Shown here piece by piece: positions 39,718 through 50,531 of a stretch of 64,000 nt of DNA (its first letter is position 1; each line of letters starts with the position of its first letter). Position numbers and translations under genes: made by a program. The notes beneath the pieces are model-generated. The model searched no databases. It was not told where the DNA came from and was given only the letters and a program-made list of their open reading frames with translations. This stretch comes from Synechococcus sp. (lineage in GTDB: Bacteria > Cyanobacteriota > Cyanobacteriia > Thermostichales > PCC-7336), in contig JBFRWN010000065.1 in the NCBI GenBank assembly GCA_051439605.1, positions 1-64,000 on the forward strand, given 5' to 3'.

Positions 39718-40320
39718 GGGCCTGACTCCTAACCGTTCCGCATGTGATTCCCTCATATTCTAGACGCCGGTTACTCCCCAACATGCGGGAATTTGGGTGG
39801 GGTTCAAACTTGTTAGCCGTAGGGTCACATTCCGATCGGAGGTTTCATCGCTGAATAGCTTATTCGGAAGGTTGTTGAGGCTTTGATACATACCTGAAAG
39901 TGTTGCCAAAGCGTGAACCATGGCGCAGCTTCCACCTCAGCGTCAACCTGATTGTGGGTGATTATCCAGGTTAGGGAGATCGAGCTTTTTCATGAGGTGA
40001 TAATTAGGACGAAATCATGCTCGGTCATGACAAATCTCGAGGGGACATTCTATGCCCCTGACTCAAAATGATTAGTAGAACCCTGTAAACCCAATTATCT
40101 GAGTGGTTTCACGATCATCATTACAGGGTGCGGCGAAGGGCGTCATGCACGCAGCAACATCACCTAGTCGGGAAATGGCTTTGCAAAACTGCCTACGAAT
40201 CAACTTCATCCAGTTTTAGGCATGACGTCGCGGTGGACATTCACATTTATGTTCCTACAGCCTGAACGCTTACCATCCGGGTGTCATTCCCGATGGGGCA
40301 ACGCGAACACTTCAAGCGAC

Positions 40321-41250
40321 TCAATACTTACCAGTGCGCTTATCGATCATGTCCGCTAGCAACGCAAACATCGAAATTTGAATGGAGGTGACAAATAAAA
40401 TCAGCGTTGACTCAGTGAGATCGCTCAGCACGAACAGGTCTGCCCATAAGGAAACCAGAAATCCAATAAAAAATATCCCTGCAACCGGCAGGAAAATCCT
40501 TAATGGCGCAAAATACACCCCCGTTCTCAGCACCAGTTGAATAAACCGCAGCGTATCCCGAATCGGTTGAATTTTGCTGCGACCAGCTCGGTGAAAATAG
40601 TTAATAGGCTCGTATCGAACGATATAGTTATTCGTTAACATTGCCAACGTAATCGTGGTGGTGAAGCTAAACGTATCCGGTAATATGCCAAAGAAATTCA
40701 TCACCGAGCTTTTGCGAAATACCCGCATGCCGCTATTTAAATCGGGAATTTTCTGCTTCACAATCCATTGGGCGAAGTGGACGAGGAACCACTTGGGAAT
40801 TTTCCGCAAATTGGAGTAGGTAACGTTTTCTCCCGTCCGCGCGCCTACCACCATGTCTGTATCTTGGGCAAGCCGAACCAAGTCAAGTAGGCGATCGCTC
40901 GGGTAAGTGCTGTCTGCATCGGTAATCGCAACGAAGGGGTACTTAGCCCTAGCAATTCCAGTTTTTAAAGCAGCTCCGTAACCGCGATTTTCACTGTGGC
41001 GAATCAAGCGAATATCCTGCCTGGGGGCCAAAATTTCGGGTGTGCGATCGCCGGACCCATCATCCACCACAATGACTTCATAACGACATTTGGAACTCTG
41101 TAGCACCCGATGCAAGTCATCTAGGGTTTGGGTTACCCCCTCTTCTTCGTTATAGACGGGAATCACCAGGGAAAACTCCAGCGGGCTCGAACGCGATAAA
41201 TCACGGCGATCGTCCACACCGGACACAGGATAATTAGAGATATTCCCCAT
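40321..41250 (-). CDS. Glycosyltransferase family 2 (polyprenol-phosphate glycosyltransferase-like) with C-terminal TMs
   Basis: IPVYNEE, VDDGS.D.T, NRGYGAALKTG, TDAD.TY, DLNSGMR.F. Confidence 0.88.
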   Translation of the reverse strand: MGNISNYPVSGVDDRRDLSRSSPLEFSLVIPVYNEEEGVTQTLDDLHRVLQSSKCRYEVIVVDDGSGDRTPEILAPRQDIRLIRHSENRGYGAALKTGIARAKYPFVAITDADSTYPSDRLLDLVRLAQDTDMVVGARTGENVTYSNLRKIPKWFLVHFAQWIVKQKIPDLNSGMRVFRKSSVMNFFGILPDTFSFTTTITLAMLTNNYIVRYEPINYFHRAGRSKIQPIRDTLRFIQLVLRTGVYFAPLRIFLPVAGIFFIGFLVSLWADLFVLSDLTESTLILFVTSIQISMFALLADMIDKRTGKY

Positions 41251-41345
41251 GAGCAAGCCTGAATAGCAGCAGCATCTTATCAAGATTTACTGCTTGGGGC
41301 AGATTCACACAGTCCTCGCCCCCTTTTCGATCTGTACCGCGATCG

Positions 41346-42542
41346 CTAGTGGGCGATCTTCCACAACAGCCAACCGGCGGCAGTCCAACCCACGACATTG
41401 GGTATCCAAGCGGCAATGAAGGGACTCACTGCATCGCTTTGTCCCAGTCCTTGGGCAATTGAAAGCAACGCATAGTATAAGAAAATCACCAAGATGCTGA
41501 GGCTAAAGCCCAATGCACCATTGGTGCGCTGCAGCCGCATTCCCAGTGGTGCCCCTATCAGACCAAATGTTAGGCAGGCAAAAGGAATCGCATACTTCAA
41601 CTGCAAATCCATCCGCAAGCCCCGAACCTTTTTACGCTGCCCCGCTTGCTCCTGAAGCCGAATATAGTCACGCATCTCGGCTATATTCATGCTTTCAGTA
41701 TCCTGAGACATGCTGGCATCAATAGGAGTCCGGGGCAAATCTACAAGCTGCTGCTGAAACGGATCCACCGTGCGATAGGATCCATCATCGTTGATAACAT
41801 ATGTGGTGCCGTTGGTGAATTCCCAGACTTCATCATCGCTTAACCAAACCCCTTTCTGGGCTATCACAATGGTGCGTTCCTCGGAGGTGAAATCCAGTAG
41901 CGTAATGCCACTCATAGTTTCCCCATCAAACCGGCGGGCGAAAAACAAGCGCTGCAACTTGCGGTTCTCATCTTCAGTAGAGTCGTTGTCGGTATTGAGG
42001 GTATCGCTACTCCCCAGCTCTTGATAAAGGATATTGTTGTTGCGAATGTTCACGTGTGCACCCAGCACTTGAGCCGTCATCTCCTCCACCTGTCGGCTAG
42101 TTCCTGGCACAATGACCTCGTTGAACGCAAAGGTCAATCCCGTTACCAACAAGCTCATCACAACCGCAGGCACAATTAAGCGCAAAGGACTGACTCCACA
42201 GCTGCGCAAGGCCACTAGTTCGCTGTCTGCAGACATGCGATTGTAGACAATCAACGTCGCCAACAGTACTGACATTGGAAAGGTCAACACAATAATTTTG
42301 GGCATGCTCAGCAGGTAAAGCTGAACACCCACCAGCAGAGGCAGCCCATCGCCCACCCACCGAAGAATTTTAAACAAAGATTCAATGGTCGAGCCCACAC
42401 CAGTAAAGGCAACTACTCCAAATAAAAATGGCACTATCATCTGCTTGAGAGCATAGCTATCAAACAGACCAACAGACCACCATCCGATCTTTATCGTGGG
42501 GGCGATAGGTTTTTGGGGCGGGGATCTAAATGTTACAGCCAA
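41346..42542 (-). CDS. LptF/LptG (YjgP/YjgQ) family permease
   Basis: PF.FGV..FT, P.SVLLATL..Y.RMS.DSE.VALRS.G.S, K.AIPFACL.F.L.G.PLG, AAW.PN. Confidence 0.9.
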   Translation of the reverse strand: MAVTFRSPPQKPIAPTIKIGWWSVGLFDSYALKQMIVPFLFGVVAFTGVGSTIESLFKILRWVGDGLPLLVGVQLYLLSMPKIIVLTFPMSVLLATLIVYNRMSADSELVALRSCGVSPLRLIVPAVVMSLLVTGLTFAFNEVIVPGTSRQVEEMTAQVLGAHVNIRNNNILYQELGSSDTLNTDNDSTEDENRKLQRLFFARRFDGETMSGITLLDFTSEERTIVIAQKGVWLSDDEVWEFTNGTTYVINDDGSYRTVDPFQQQLVDLPRTPIDASMSQDTESMNIAEMRDYIRLQEQAGQRKKVRGLRMDLQLKYAIPFACLTFGLIGAPLGMRLQRTNGALGFSLSILVIFLYYALLSIAQGLGQSDAVSPFIAAWIPNVVGWTAAGWLLWKIAH

Positions 42543-42706
42543 GACAATACTCTCCTTGGGCTGGCAAAAACAAGCGATAAATGACCCTAGGAGGAATGCG
42601 GCGTCCGCTGGCAGGCACGACAGACAGGGGTCAAATTGAATCTATTAAAAAGCCTATTCGATCGATAAATCGCTTGACTACCGATCTAACGTCATAGGGT
42701 ATTATC

Positions 42707-42844
42707 GGCCGAAAGCGAGTGTTCGGCCAAACTCTGCAACCAGAGTGGCGGTAAGGCGAGCGATCCCGAGTAACCAATGGAAGCCTATGGGTAACTTAAT
42801 GTGCCCTTCCCAGTTTAGAACCTTGCGTCAGAGCCGTGCTTTTT
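42707..42844 (+). ncRNA. Candidate structured non-coding RNA
   Basis: Several local and long-range helices with G-U pairs on the + strand, ending in a T run. Family not recognised. Confidence 0.3.
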
Positions 42845-42901
42845 AGGCTGTCCAATAGCTTTCAGCATGTATTGATAAGTTTCTAAGTGACGTCAGTTTA
42901 C

Positions 42902-44125
42902 TTACGCAGCCAGCGATCGCCATAGCAAGTTCCCCGAACCGCCCACCGAACGCATCAGTCCCCAACGGACATCATTGGGCGCCTGCCCAAACAACCCCAA
43001 CATGGCCCGCACCAGCTCGGGGGAGGAAAGGGTATCGCTTAAAAATCCAGACCAATCTGGCTGGGGCAAGCGGAAGAAAGTATGGAAGTGATGGTTCAGT
43101 CGGTCAGCTTCAAATCCCATCAAAGCATCCAACCCGAACAGATAGAGATAGTGCTTGCGTAGGCGATCGCGCGTCCACAAGCCCTGCCAGCCTGCTCTAG
43201 CAATCTCCGCAGGGCTGCGATCGGAATCCCCTAGGGCCTGGGCCACGCTTGCAGCCATCTCCGGCGCCCGCCTCAGTAATGCTCCGACCATATAACCCGA
43301 GGCAGGATGCACCATACTAGCTGCCCCCCCAAAACCCAGCACGGGCTGCGAGAAATCTGGCAGGGGCAAGTTCATGGGAAACATACAGCGTTCCACATGA
43401 TGAACCTCAGTCACTTCGACATGTGACTGCGCTAAACGCTGGTGCAAGCGTTGTTCCAATACCTCAAAAGACACCGCGGGACTATAGGCAAGAGAAGTTT
43501 CCTCCACAAAGAAGAACCCTTTGCCCAGATCCATGGCATAGAGAAACGTGGGGGGAAGGCAGCGCTCATCCGGCGTGAGATGGTCGCTGCGATAATCCAT
43601 CAAGACAAACTGATTGGGTTTAATCGGGGGCTTGGAAAACTGACCGACAATGCCGTAGGCCATCTGGTAGGCCACATTCTGTTTGCGAGGTCGGCGCACA
43701 AACGCAGGTTTATGGCCACTAGCGTCGATCGCAATCCGTGCTTGAATCGTCCGACCATCCGCAGTCGCCACGGTGGAAGTGCGATCGTTATGATGAATGG
43801 ACGTCGCTTTGTCCGTAAACCACTTCACCTTCTGGGTGCGATCGAGTAAATGCTGCTGAAGTTGTTGTTTGTCAAATAATCCGTAGGCCCGGGAATGGCG
43901 GGTCACCGAAGCATCAAAATACGACACGCAGTTTGTCCAGCAGTGCCCTAACAGATGGATGAGGTTGAGATCCTCCAATTCATCCCGCCAAATTCCGTAG
44001 GTATTTTCCCAAGGGGTAGCAGAGCACTGAGGACTGAGGGCAGCAACCGAAAGTCCTAAATCGCAGAGGGATGCAGCAATGGACAACCCGGCAGGGCCAG
44101 AACCGATAACAAGAGCATCAAACAG
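42902..44125 (-). CDS. crtL: CrtL-type lycopene cyclase (probable CTG start at 44125; ORF open to TTG 44176)
   Basis: DALVIGSGPAG, W.NTYGIW.DE, Q.AYGI.G, LMDYR, PTFLYAM, FVEETSL, GGAASMVHPASGY. Confidence 0.88.
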   Translation of the reverse strand: MFDALVIGSGPAGLSIAASLCDLGLSVAALSPQCSATPWENTYGIWRDELEDLNLIHLLGHCWTNCVSYFDASVTRHSRAYGLFDKQQLQQHLLDRTQKVKWFTDKATSIHHNDRTSTVATADGRTIQARIAIDASGHKPAFVRRPRKQNVAYQMAYGIVGQFSKPPIKPNQFVLMDYRSDHLTPDERCLPPTFLYAMDLGKGFFFVEETSLAYSPAVSFEVLEQRLHQRLAQSHVEVTEVHHVERCMFPMNLPLPDFSQPVLGFGGAASMVHPASGYMVGALLRRAPEMAASVAQALGDSDRSPAEIARAGWQGLWTRDRLRKHYLYLFGLDALMGFEADRLNHHFHTFFRLPQPDWSGFLSDTLSSPELVRAMLGLFGQAPNDVRWGLMRSVGGSGNLLWRSLAA

Positions 44126-44424
44126 CGGTTTATTCCTCCTACAACAGCTACATCGCAGGCTATTGACTGCTTTCAAAATAACTTACCAGCGATCGCGACT
44201 CTCCCCATCAGCCAGTCTTGAGAGAGAAAGTGTATTGCCCCTAGTTTTTGCCTTTGAACAGCTGTCCCGTTGCCGAATCTAAGTGATTTACAACCGAATC
44301 AGTCGAGACAAGGTATGCAGGCCTACGGTCAACATTTGCAAACCCAGCAGTATTCTGGTTTGAGTCCTCCGCATGGACCACACTGAACGTCCACCTTACC
44401 GCTCTTTCACCGAACACAATCTCT

Positions 44425-44880
44425 ATGTCCCAATTATGGAGAATTGCCCGCACCTTTGTGAGGCTATTGCTACGGCGGCCTTTACCAGGCACCAGTATTG
44501 TTCCGGTGCTCGACGATGGACGGGTTGTACTAGTTCAGCGGCGTGACAGTCAGAGATGGGCATTGCCAGGGGGGTTAGTGGATTGGGGAGAAGATATTCG
44601 CGCCGCTGCCCAACGGGAACTCAAGGAAGAAACGGGGCTTGAGATGACAGACACAGCTCAGCTGGTTGGGGTGTACTCAAGTCGGGATCGCGATCCGCGC
44701 ATGCACTCAATCTGTATTGCGGTTACTGCTCGGGTGCAGGGAGAGTTTCAAATTTCTGATACCGCTGAAATAATGGCAGTTAGGGCATTCTCAAGGCAGG
44801 ACATTCCCTTAGAGTCTCTAGCTCACGACCATACCCAGCAACTATCCGACTACTTTAGTGGAATAGTTGGACTTTCGTAA
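44425..44880 (+). CDS. NUDIX hydrolase
   Basis: Nudix box PGGLVDWGED...AAQRELKEETGL. Confidence 0.92.
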   Translation: MSQLWRIARTFVRLLLRRPLPGTSIVPVLDDGRVVLVQRRDSQRWALPGGLVDWGEDIRAAAQRELKEETGLEMTDTAQLVGVYSSRDRDPRMHSICIAVTARVQGEFQISDTAEIMAVRAFSRQDIPLESLAHDHTQQLSDYFSGIVGLS

Positions 44881-45001
44881 CGGCCCCCTTTATGGCTGTA
44901 GCTATTTCATCTAGCCCAGCAAAGACGAGTCCAACTCAAGATTGCGACTGCTCAAATGTCCTTGGCCGTTTGACAGCCCCGCTACTAGCGAATCTCAAAA
45001 C

Positions 45002-45027
45002 AAAAAAGAGGAGCCATGTGACTCCCC
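45002..45027 (-). terminator. Intrinsic terminator of petBD
   Basis: - strand GGGGAGTC-ACAT-GGCTCCTC-TTTTTT. Confidence 0.75.
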
Positions 45028-45067
45028 TAACAGAATGAATTCTGAAAACTAGAAGAATGGATTCAGC

Positions 45068-45550
45068 TTAAAACAGTCCCAAGGAGAGGGACTTGTCGAG
45101 GGGTAGGGTTGCACCAATGCCCATATACAGCGCGAATACAGTGCCAAACAAAAATACTGCAGTGGCAACAGGGCGACGTAGTGGGTTCTGGAACTTGTTA
45201 ACGTTCTCAATGAAAGGAACGAATAGCAGACCGGCTGGAATAGCGCTCATCAGTGCGATACCGAGTAGCTTGTTAGGAGCAATCCGCAGCAACTGGAATG
45301 CAGGGTACAAGTACCACTCAGGCAGAATTTCCAGGGGAGTTGCAAACGGATCTGCTGCTTCGCCTACACCAGCAGGCTCCATCACAGCAAAAGCTACAAC
45401 CATAGCGATGGTTCCCAAAATTACAACCGGGAACATAAACAGCAGGTCGTTGGGCCAAGCGGGCTCACCGTAGGTCATGTGACCCATGTTTTTTTCGAGC
45501 TTGGCGCGAACCTTGGGATTATCAAGATCGACTTTTCTAATAACGGGCAT
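45068..45550 (-). CDS. petD: Cytochrome b6f subunit IV
   Basis: [33 protein letters not shown]. Confidence 0.97.
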   Translation of the reverse strand: MPVIRKVDLDNPKVRAKLEKNMGHMTYGEPAWPNDLLFMFPVVILGTIAMVVAFAVMEPAGVGEAADPFATPLEILPEWYLYPAFQLLRIAPNKLLGIALMSAIPAGLLFVPFIENVNKFQNPLRRPVATAVFLFGTVFALYMGIGATLPLDKSLSLGLF

Positions 45551-45636
45551 GGCAAGAACTCTCTACTCGTGCAAATACAAACGTAAAAAACGAGATGGTA
45601 AGGCTCACACTAGCCTCACCATCCAAATTTATGAAT

Positions 45637-46284
45637 TTACAAGGGGCCGGAGATACCCTGCTTACGAATCATCAAGAAGTGCATCAGCATGAAGACGGCA
45701 ATCAGCCAAGGAAGCACGAAGGTGTGCAAGCTGTAGAAACGAGTCAAGGTAGCTTGGCCAACGCTCTCGCTACCGCGAATGAGCTCAACCAGGGTGCCGC
45801 CTACAACGGGAATCGCACTGGGAACACCAGATACAATTTTTACAGCCCAGTAACCAACTTGGTCCCAAGGAAGAGAGTAACCAGTAACGCCGAAAGAAAC
45901 GGTGATTACCGCAAGGATGACTCCAGTCACCCAGGTTAGTTCGCGGGGCTTTTTGAATCCGCCGGTCAAATACACACGGAAGGTGTGCAAAATCATTACA
46001 AGCACCATCATGGAAGCACTCCAGCGGTGGATGGAGCGAATCAGCCAACCAAAGTTGACCTGCTGCATGATGAAATTAACCGATTCAAACGCCTCAGCTA
46101 CAGTGGGCTTGTAGTAAAAGGTCATCGCAAAACCGGTTGCAAACTGAATGATGAAGCAAACCAGCGTGACGCCACCTAAGCAGTAAAAAATATTGACGTG
46201 CGGGGGAATAAACTTACCAGTTGCATCATCCACAAAGGGGGTCAGCTCCAGCCGCTCGTCTAACCAGTCATAAACCTTCGCCAT
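45637..46284 (-). CDS. petB: Cytochrome b6
   Basis: [40 protein letters not shown]. Confidence 0.98.
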   Translation of the reverse strand: MAKVYDWLDERLELTPFVDDATGKFIPPHVNIFYCLGGVTLVCFIIQFATGFAMTFYYKPTVAEAFESVNFIMQQVNFGWLIRSIHRWSASMMVLVMILHTFRVYLTGGFKKPRELTWVTGVILAVITVSFGVTGYSLPWDQVGYWAVKIVSGVPSAIPVVGGTLVELIRGSESVGQATLTRFYSLHTFVLPWLIAVFMLMHFLMIRKQGISGPL

Positions 46285-46510
46285 AAAAGTTAAACCTTAA
46301 GTGCAAATCCTCTCCAGATATGAAATCACCCTATCACAGACCGCCTTAATTGTAGCCTTGTGTAAACTATGCATACCTACAGTTACATTCCTGCTCGATC
46401 CTTGCCAAATAGAGCATTGAACTCACTTCTAACTACCAACTAGAGTGGCGATCTCCAGTTAGGGCAGATAATAATATTCAGGTTCGGCTATCTCTGCTTC
46501 GCAGTTTTTT

Positions 46511-47833
46511 ATGACGCTCTTATTTACATCAATAACCACAATTATCGCTGTGGCTCAGCAGAGTGCCCGTTGGCTGAAGGCTGGGGCAAAGCTGTTGCCC
46601 CAACGACAGCTGTTCCTTGTTATGGTGGTGCTTCTCAGCTGTTTTAACCTGACAGCCTGCCAACCGCGTCCTAGCTGGGGTGAAGAGCAGAAACTGTTAG
46701 CACAGGTGTGGACAACCATTGACCGTGCCTATGTGGACCCCACCTTCAATCAACAGGACTGGTGGGAAGTGCGACAAACTTACCTGCGCCAGCCGATGTC
46801 TACGCCATACGCTGCCTATCAGCAGATTGAGGCTATGCTCTCGACGCTTGAGGATCCCTTCACTCGCTTTTTGCCCCCCGCCAACTACCGCAGCCTGCAG
46901 ACATCTACCGCTGGAGAGCTGAATGGAGTGGGATTGCAAATTGCAATGGACAATGCAGGGACAATTCGAGTCATTGCTCCTCTTGAGGGCACGCCAGCCG
47001 ATCGCGCAGGTTTACAACCGGATGACAGAATTCTGACAATTGACGATATTGCCGTCGATAGCTGGACCTTGGATGAAGTCGCTAACCACTTGCGTGGAGC
47101 AGCCAATACCAGCGTTTACCTCAAGCTCGAGCGGGATGACCGCGAATTTGAGGTCAAACTCAAACGAGAGGCGATCGAAATTAATCCCGTGCGCAGCAAA
47201 ATCATCCCTAGAGCTATAGATCGACAGAATGTCGCGTATATTCGCCTCAATCAGTTCAATGGTAATGCCGTTAGCGAGATGCAGGTGGCTATCGATCGGG
47301 CAGAAGCGCAATCCGTTGCTGGCTACGTTCTCGATTTGCGGGGCAACCCTGGGGGATTGTTGCGGGCGGGAATTGAAATTGCTCAAATGTGGATTAATGA
47401 AGGCCCTATCGTCTACACCATCGATCGCAATGGAATTAGCGACAGCGCTGACGCAACTGCAACGATTCTGACGGATAAGCCGATGGTGGTGCTGGTCAAC
47501 AAAGGGACAGCAAGTGCGGCAGAGGTACTTGCGGGTGCCATACAAGATAGCGGTAGGGGGCTATTGGTCGGAACGCGGACCTTTGGTAAGGGGCTGATCC
47601 AATCCCTCTTCGACATGCCTGATGGAGCTGGGCTTGCAGTCACTGTCGCTAAATATGCCACCCCCAGCGGTCGCGATATCAACAGGCTTGGCATCGAACC
47701 TAATTATTTAGTCAGCCTGGAAAACAACCGGACGCTGGAACGAAAGGAACTGGCAACGGAACGAGATCCTCAATTTACCGAGGCCCTAGAGGTCCTAAGG
47801 CAACAGTTGACGCTGCCAGAAACTGCAATCTAA
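46511..47833 (+). CDS. ctpA: C-terminal processing protease (S41)
   Basis: L.DPFTR, PDZ GVGLQI, LDLRGNPGGL, TASAAE, TFGKGLIQ; divergent from petB. Confidence 0.88.
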   Translation: MTLLFTSITTIIAVAQQSARWLKAGAKLLPQRQLFLVMVVLLSCFNLTACQPRPSWGEEQKLLAQVWTTIDRAYVDPTFNQQDWWEVRQTYLRQPMSTPYAAYQQIEAMLSTLEDPFTRFLPPANYRSLQTSTAGELNGVGLQIAMDNAGTIRVIAPLEGTPADRAGLQPDDRILTIDDIAVDSWTLDEVANHLRGAANTSVYLKLERDDREFEVKLKREAIEINPVRSKIIPRAIDRQNVAYIRLNQFNGNAVSEMQVAIDRAEAQSVAGYVLDLRGNPGGLLRAGIEIAQMWINEGPIVYTIDRNGISDSADATATILTDKPMVVLVNKGTASAAEVLAGAIQDSGRGLLVGTRTFGKGLIQSLFDMPDGAGLAVTVAKYATPSGRDINRLGIEPNYLVSLENNRTLERKELATERDPQFTEALEVLRQQLTLPETAI

Positions 47834-48122
47834 CTGGATCTGCAACTTCCTGCCGAGATACTTGCCCTTCTCAGTAATATTTTGAACCAAAAGTATGGTC
47901 TAAACAACCGTTTTCTAGCGGTGCATGCACCTATGTGGGCTAGGAAGATAAAACAATCCTGTCAAGGTTATGCCATCAATCGGTACTCAATTGTTCAGTG
48001 GCTTTCGCTTATATCCTCTCTACAATTATGAGTACACATTGTTAATGGGCCGTGCATCCAGATCCCTTTTTAGATCCAGAACGCCTGAGAGCATTGATGT
48101 TAGTTATGAGTTTCCGGGCTAT

Positions 48123-48965
48123 ATGACAGTGAAATTATCGGACACCGCAAGTGGTTTGCTACCGCGAGCTGAGTTGTTGAAAGGAGTCGAAAATCGTGTA
48201 GTTGTCGCCCGTACTATCGATCTAGCCGAACAAGCTCTAAAAAATTGGGAAATTGTCTGTTCGGATTTCCTCTCCCCCCCAGAGATTGATGAGGCTCTTT
48301 CGGTATTAGACTCCCTCACTGAGGTAGAAGCTATTGCATGGGGGGGCTACCCGCAGGCAGAGCGGCAAAGACTGGCGATCGCTCGTCCATCTATCCTGAT
48401 TAATCCCGATCCCAACTGCCCCAACGATTTTGCTCGGGCAGTGGTAGAAATGGCAGCTGTCGAAATACGCGGTAATTTCCTCTTCGATACTGCTACCCAT
48501 CGCGACTTTTTAGGCTCAATTTTGGGCACTGGTATTGTGCGGGAAAAGGTGGGTGACATCCTGCTTTTGGGGGAACAGGGAGCCCAAGTCTTGGTTTCCC
48601 CCCAGCTCGTACCGCATCTAGAGATGAACCTCACCCAAGTGAGATCGGTCCCTGTTAAAGCCAAGGCAATCTCTTTAGATGAACTGCGGGTACGTCCCCC
48701 CAGAACCAAAGCTCTAACAACTGTTGAAGCTTCAATGCGCTTGGATGCGATCGCCTCAGCAGGGTTTAGTTCTTCTCGTAATCGCATTGCCGGAGATATT
48801 CAGGCAGGGGATGTCAAGGTGAATTGGAAAACAATCACGCAAGCTAGCCGTCCTGTCAACACCGGAGACTTAATTACTATTCGTGGCCGAGGTCGAGTCC
48901 AAGTGGGGGACGTCACTAAGACGAAAAAAGGTCGATATCGAGTAGAGCTAACTCGATATCTCTAG
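48123..48965 (+). CDS. Photosystem II S4-domain protein (YlmH/Sll1252 family)
   Basis: DFLSPPE, GGYPQAERQR, GNFLFD.A.HRDFLG, TVEASMRLDAIASAGF, S4 domain. Confidence 0.9.
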   Translation: MTVKLSDTASGLLPRAELLKGVENRVVVARTIDLAEQALKNWEIVCSDFLSPPEIDEALSVLDSLTEVEAIAWGGYPQAERQRLAIARPSILINPDPNCPNDFARAVVEMAAVEIRGNFLFDTATHRDFLGSILGTGIVREKVGDILLLGEQGAQVLVSPQLVPHLEMNLTQVRSVPVKAKAISLDELRVRPPRTKALTTVEASMRLDAIASAGFSSSRNRIAGDIQAGDVKVNWKTITQASRPVNTGDLITIRGRGRVQVGDVTKTKKGRYRVELTRYL

Positions 48966-49028
48966 TGTTAGCTGATATGACCGTTCTGGAATAGAGACAG
49001 TTTGCAACTATCCTCGGGATTGCAACAT

Positions 49029-49637
49029 CTATAAAAGAGAGTCTTTAACAAAGGACAGAAGGTTAAAACCGATTGTCAAAATCAAGCCAGTTACTAGCAG
49101 GCCGAAGGCCGATAGTGTTACACCAATGCTGGAAACAATGCCATCTTCGTCCAATAAACCTACGCCAATGATGAATATGGACATAGCAGGTATGGTGTTA
49201 GTCCCTGGAATGGGAATCATCATGGAAATTGCCATAAGTGAGATCGCTACGGCCAAGGCCCGATGACCTACCCTACTGCGACAAATCCAGCTCCATCGGG
49301 GGCGAGAAAGCAGCTCAACCTTTTTGAGGATCCAGCTGCCTTTTTCCAGGACCACTTTCGCAAAATTCGTGGGGATCGACCACCGTTGTACTTGCTCTGG
49401 CAACCAAGGTTCATGGTAACCAACCATCATTTGAGAAGCTAGGAAGAATAAAAGGACGCCGAAGGGGATGGAATAGCCTGCGGCCGGAGCAGGAACCCCA
49501 GAGGGCAGCGCCAGCAGTGCTAAAAAGAAACCAAACCCTCGCTCTCCGGCCATGTGCTGCAATTCCAGCAAAGAGATTCGCTCCCCCCGTTCGGGATCCT
49601 GTAAAAATGCGTCGAGGTCAGCAGACAGTTTGGCCAT
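49029..49637 (-). CDS. ExoD family exopolysaccharide synthesis protein
   Basis: GERGFG..L.LLALP..P.PA.GYS.PFG, PWLP, PIPGTNT.PA, DEDG. Confidence 0.88.
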   Translation of the reverse strand: MAKLSADLDAFLQDPERGERISLLELQHMAGERGFGFFLALLALPSGVPAPAAGYSIPFGVLLFFLASQMMVGYHEPWLPEQVQRWSIPTNFAKVVLEKGSWILKKVELLSRPRWSWICRSRVGHRALAVAISLMAISMMIPIPGTNTIPAMSIFIIGVGLLDEDGIVSSIGVTLSAFGLLVTGLILTIGFNLLSFVKDSLL

Positions 49638-49896
49638 AGCAGTCAGTGAATCACTTGGTTAGGGAAGAAATACTTAGCGATTGCTGTAAGCATCCTGACA
49701 GAAAAAGCGATCGCGCAGAAGGGTAAAAATCGCTTTAGTCTGGATAAGCGTGGCAATTGCAATCGCGAACAGTTCAATGAAGGTGGGCGGTGTCACCCCG
49801 CTCAATGTTCTCGTTCAAGAAATGCCCTAAACGATTTTCTGGTCGCTACGCGGCCTCATGCTCATTTGATCGGATGTAATTTCCCAATTCCCAACT

Positions 49897-50268
49897 ATGG
49901 CTACTAATACACATACCGTACGGATTTTTCATCGCCAAGACAACAAACACTACACCGTTCAGGTGCCCGGCGATCGCTATATTTTGCAGGCCGCAGAGGA
50001 ATTGGGAGCAGAGCTACCATTCTCCTGCCGTAATGGAGCTTGCACCGCCTGTGCGGTTCGCATCAAGTCTGGGGAAATTTTTCAACCGGAGGCCATGGGC
50101 CTCTCAAGGGATTTAAAAAAGCAAGGGTACGCGTTGCTTTGCGTCAGCTACGCCTGTAGCGATCTCGAAGTGGAAACCCAAGACGAAGACGAGGTCTACG
50201 AACTGCAATTTGGTCGTTACTTTGGTAAAGGCAAGACTAGGCTCGGGCTCCCACTGGACGAAGAATAA
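49897..50268 (+). CDS. 2Fe-2S ferredoxin, Fed2/FdC2 type
   Basis: PFSCRNGACTAC...LLCVS plus the C-terminal extension QDEDEVYELQFGRYF. Confidence 0.9.
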   Translation: MATNTHTVRIFHRQDNKHYTVQVPGDRYILQAAEELGAELPFSCRNGACTACAVRIKSGEIFQPEAMGLSRDLKKQGYALLCVSYACSDLEVETQDEDEVYELQFGRYFGKGKTRLGLPLDEE

Positions 50269-50496
50269 GGTTCTAACGGTGCAAGGATGCCGTCAGTAGA
50301 ACTACCCACCGCAGCGTCCCTTGAGTTGATTAGAACAGTGTTGGTGAAGGGGAGCCCCTTTGAATCCTTTCTCTTGCAGTTCTGACTGACAGTCCCAGAA
50401 CTATTTCCGAAGGCAACATTCTTGCGAAGACAAGGATTGGGGATGTCCGTGGACAGTATCTGCTTCCCAGACATGTTTGAGTGCTGCTAGCTACTT

Positions 50497-50531
50497 AAAA
50501 AGACGGACTTCCATTTGGAAGACCGTCTTTT
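50497..50531. terminator. Bidirectional terminator between the ferredoxin gene and psbM
   Basis: AAAAAGACGG-ACTTCC-ATTT-GGAAGA-CCGTCTTTT. Confidence 0.75.
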
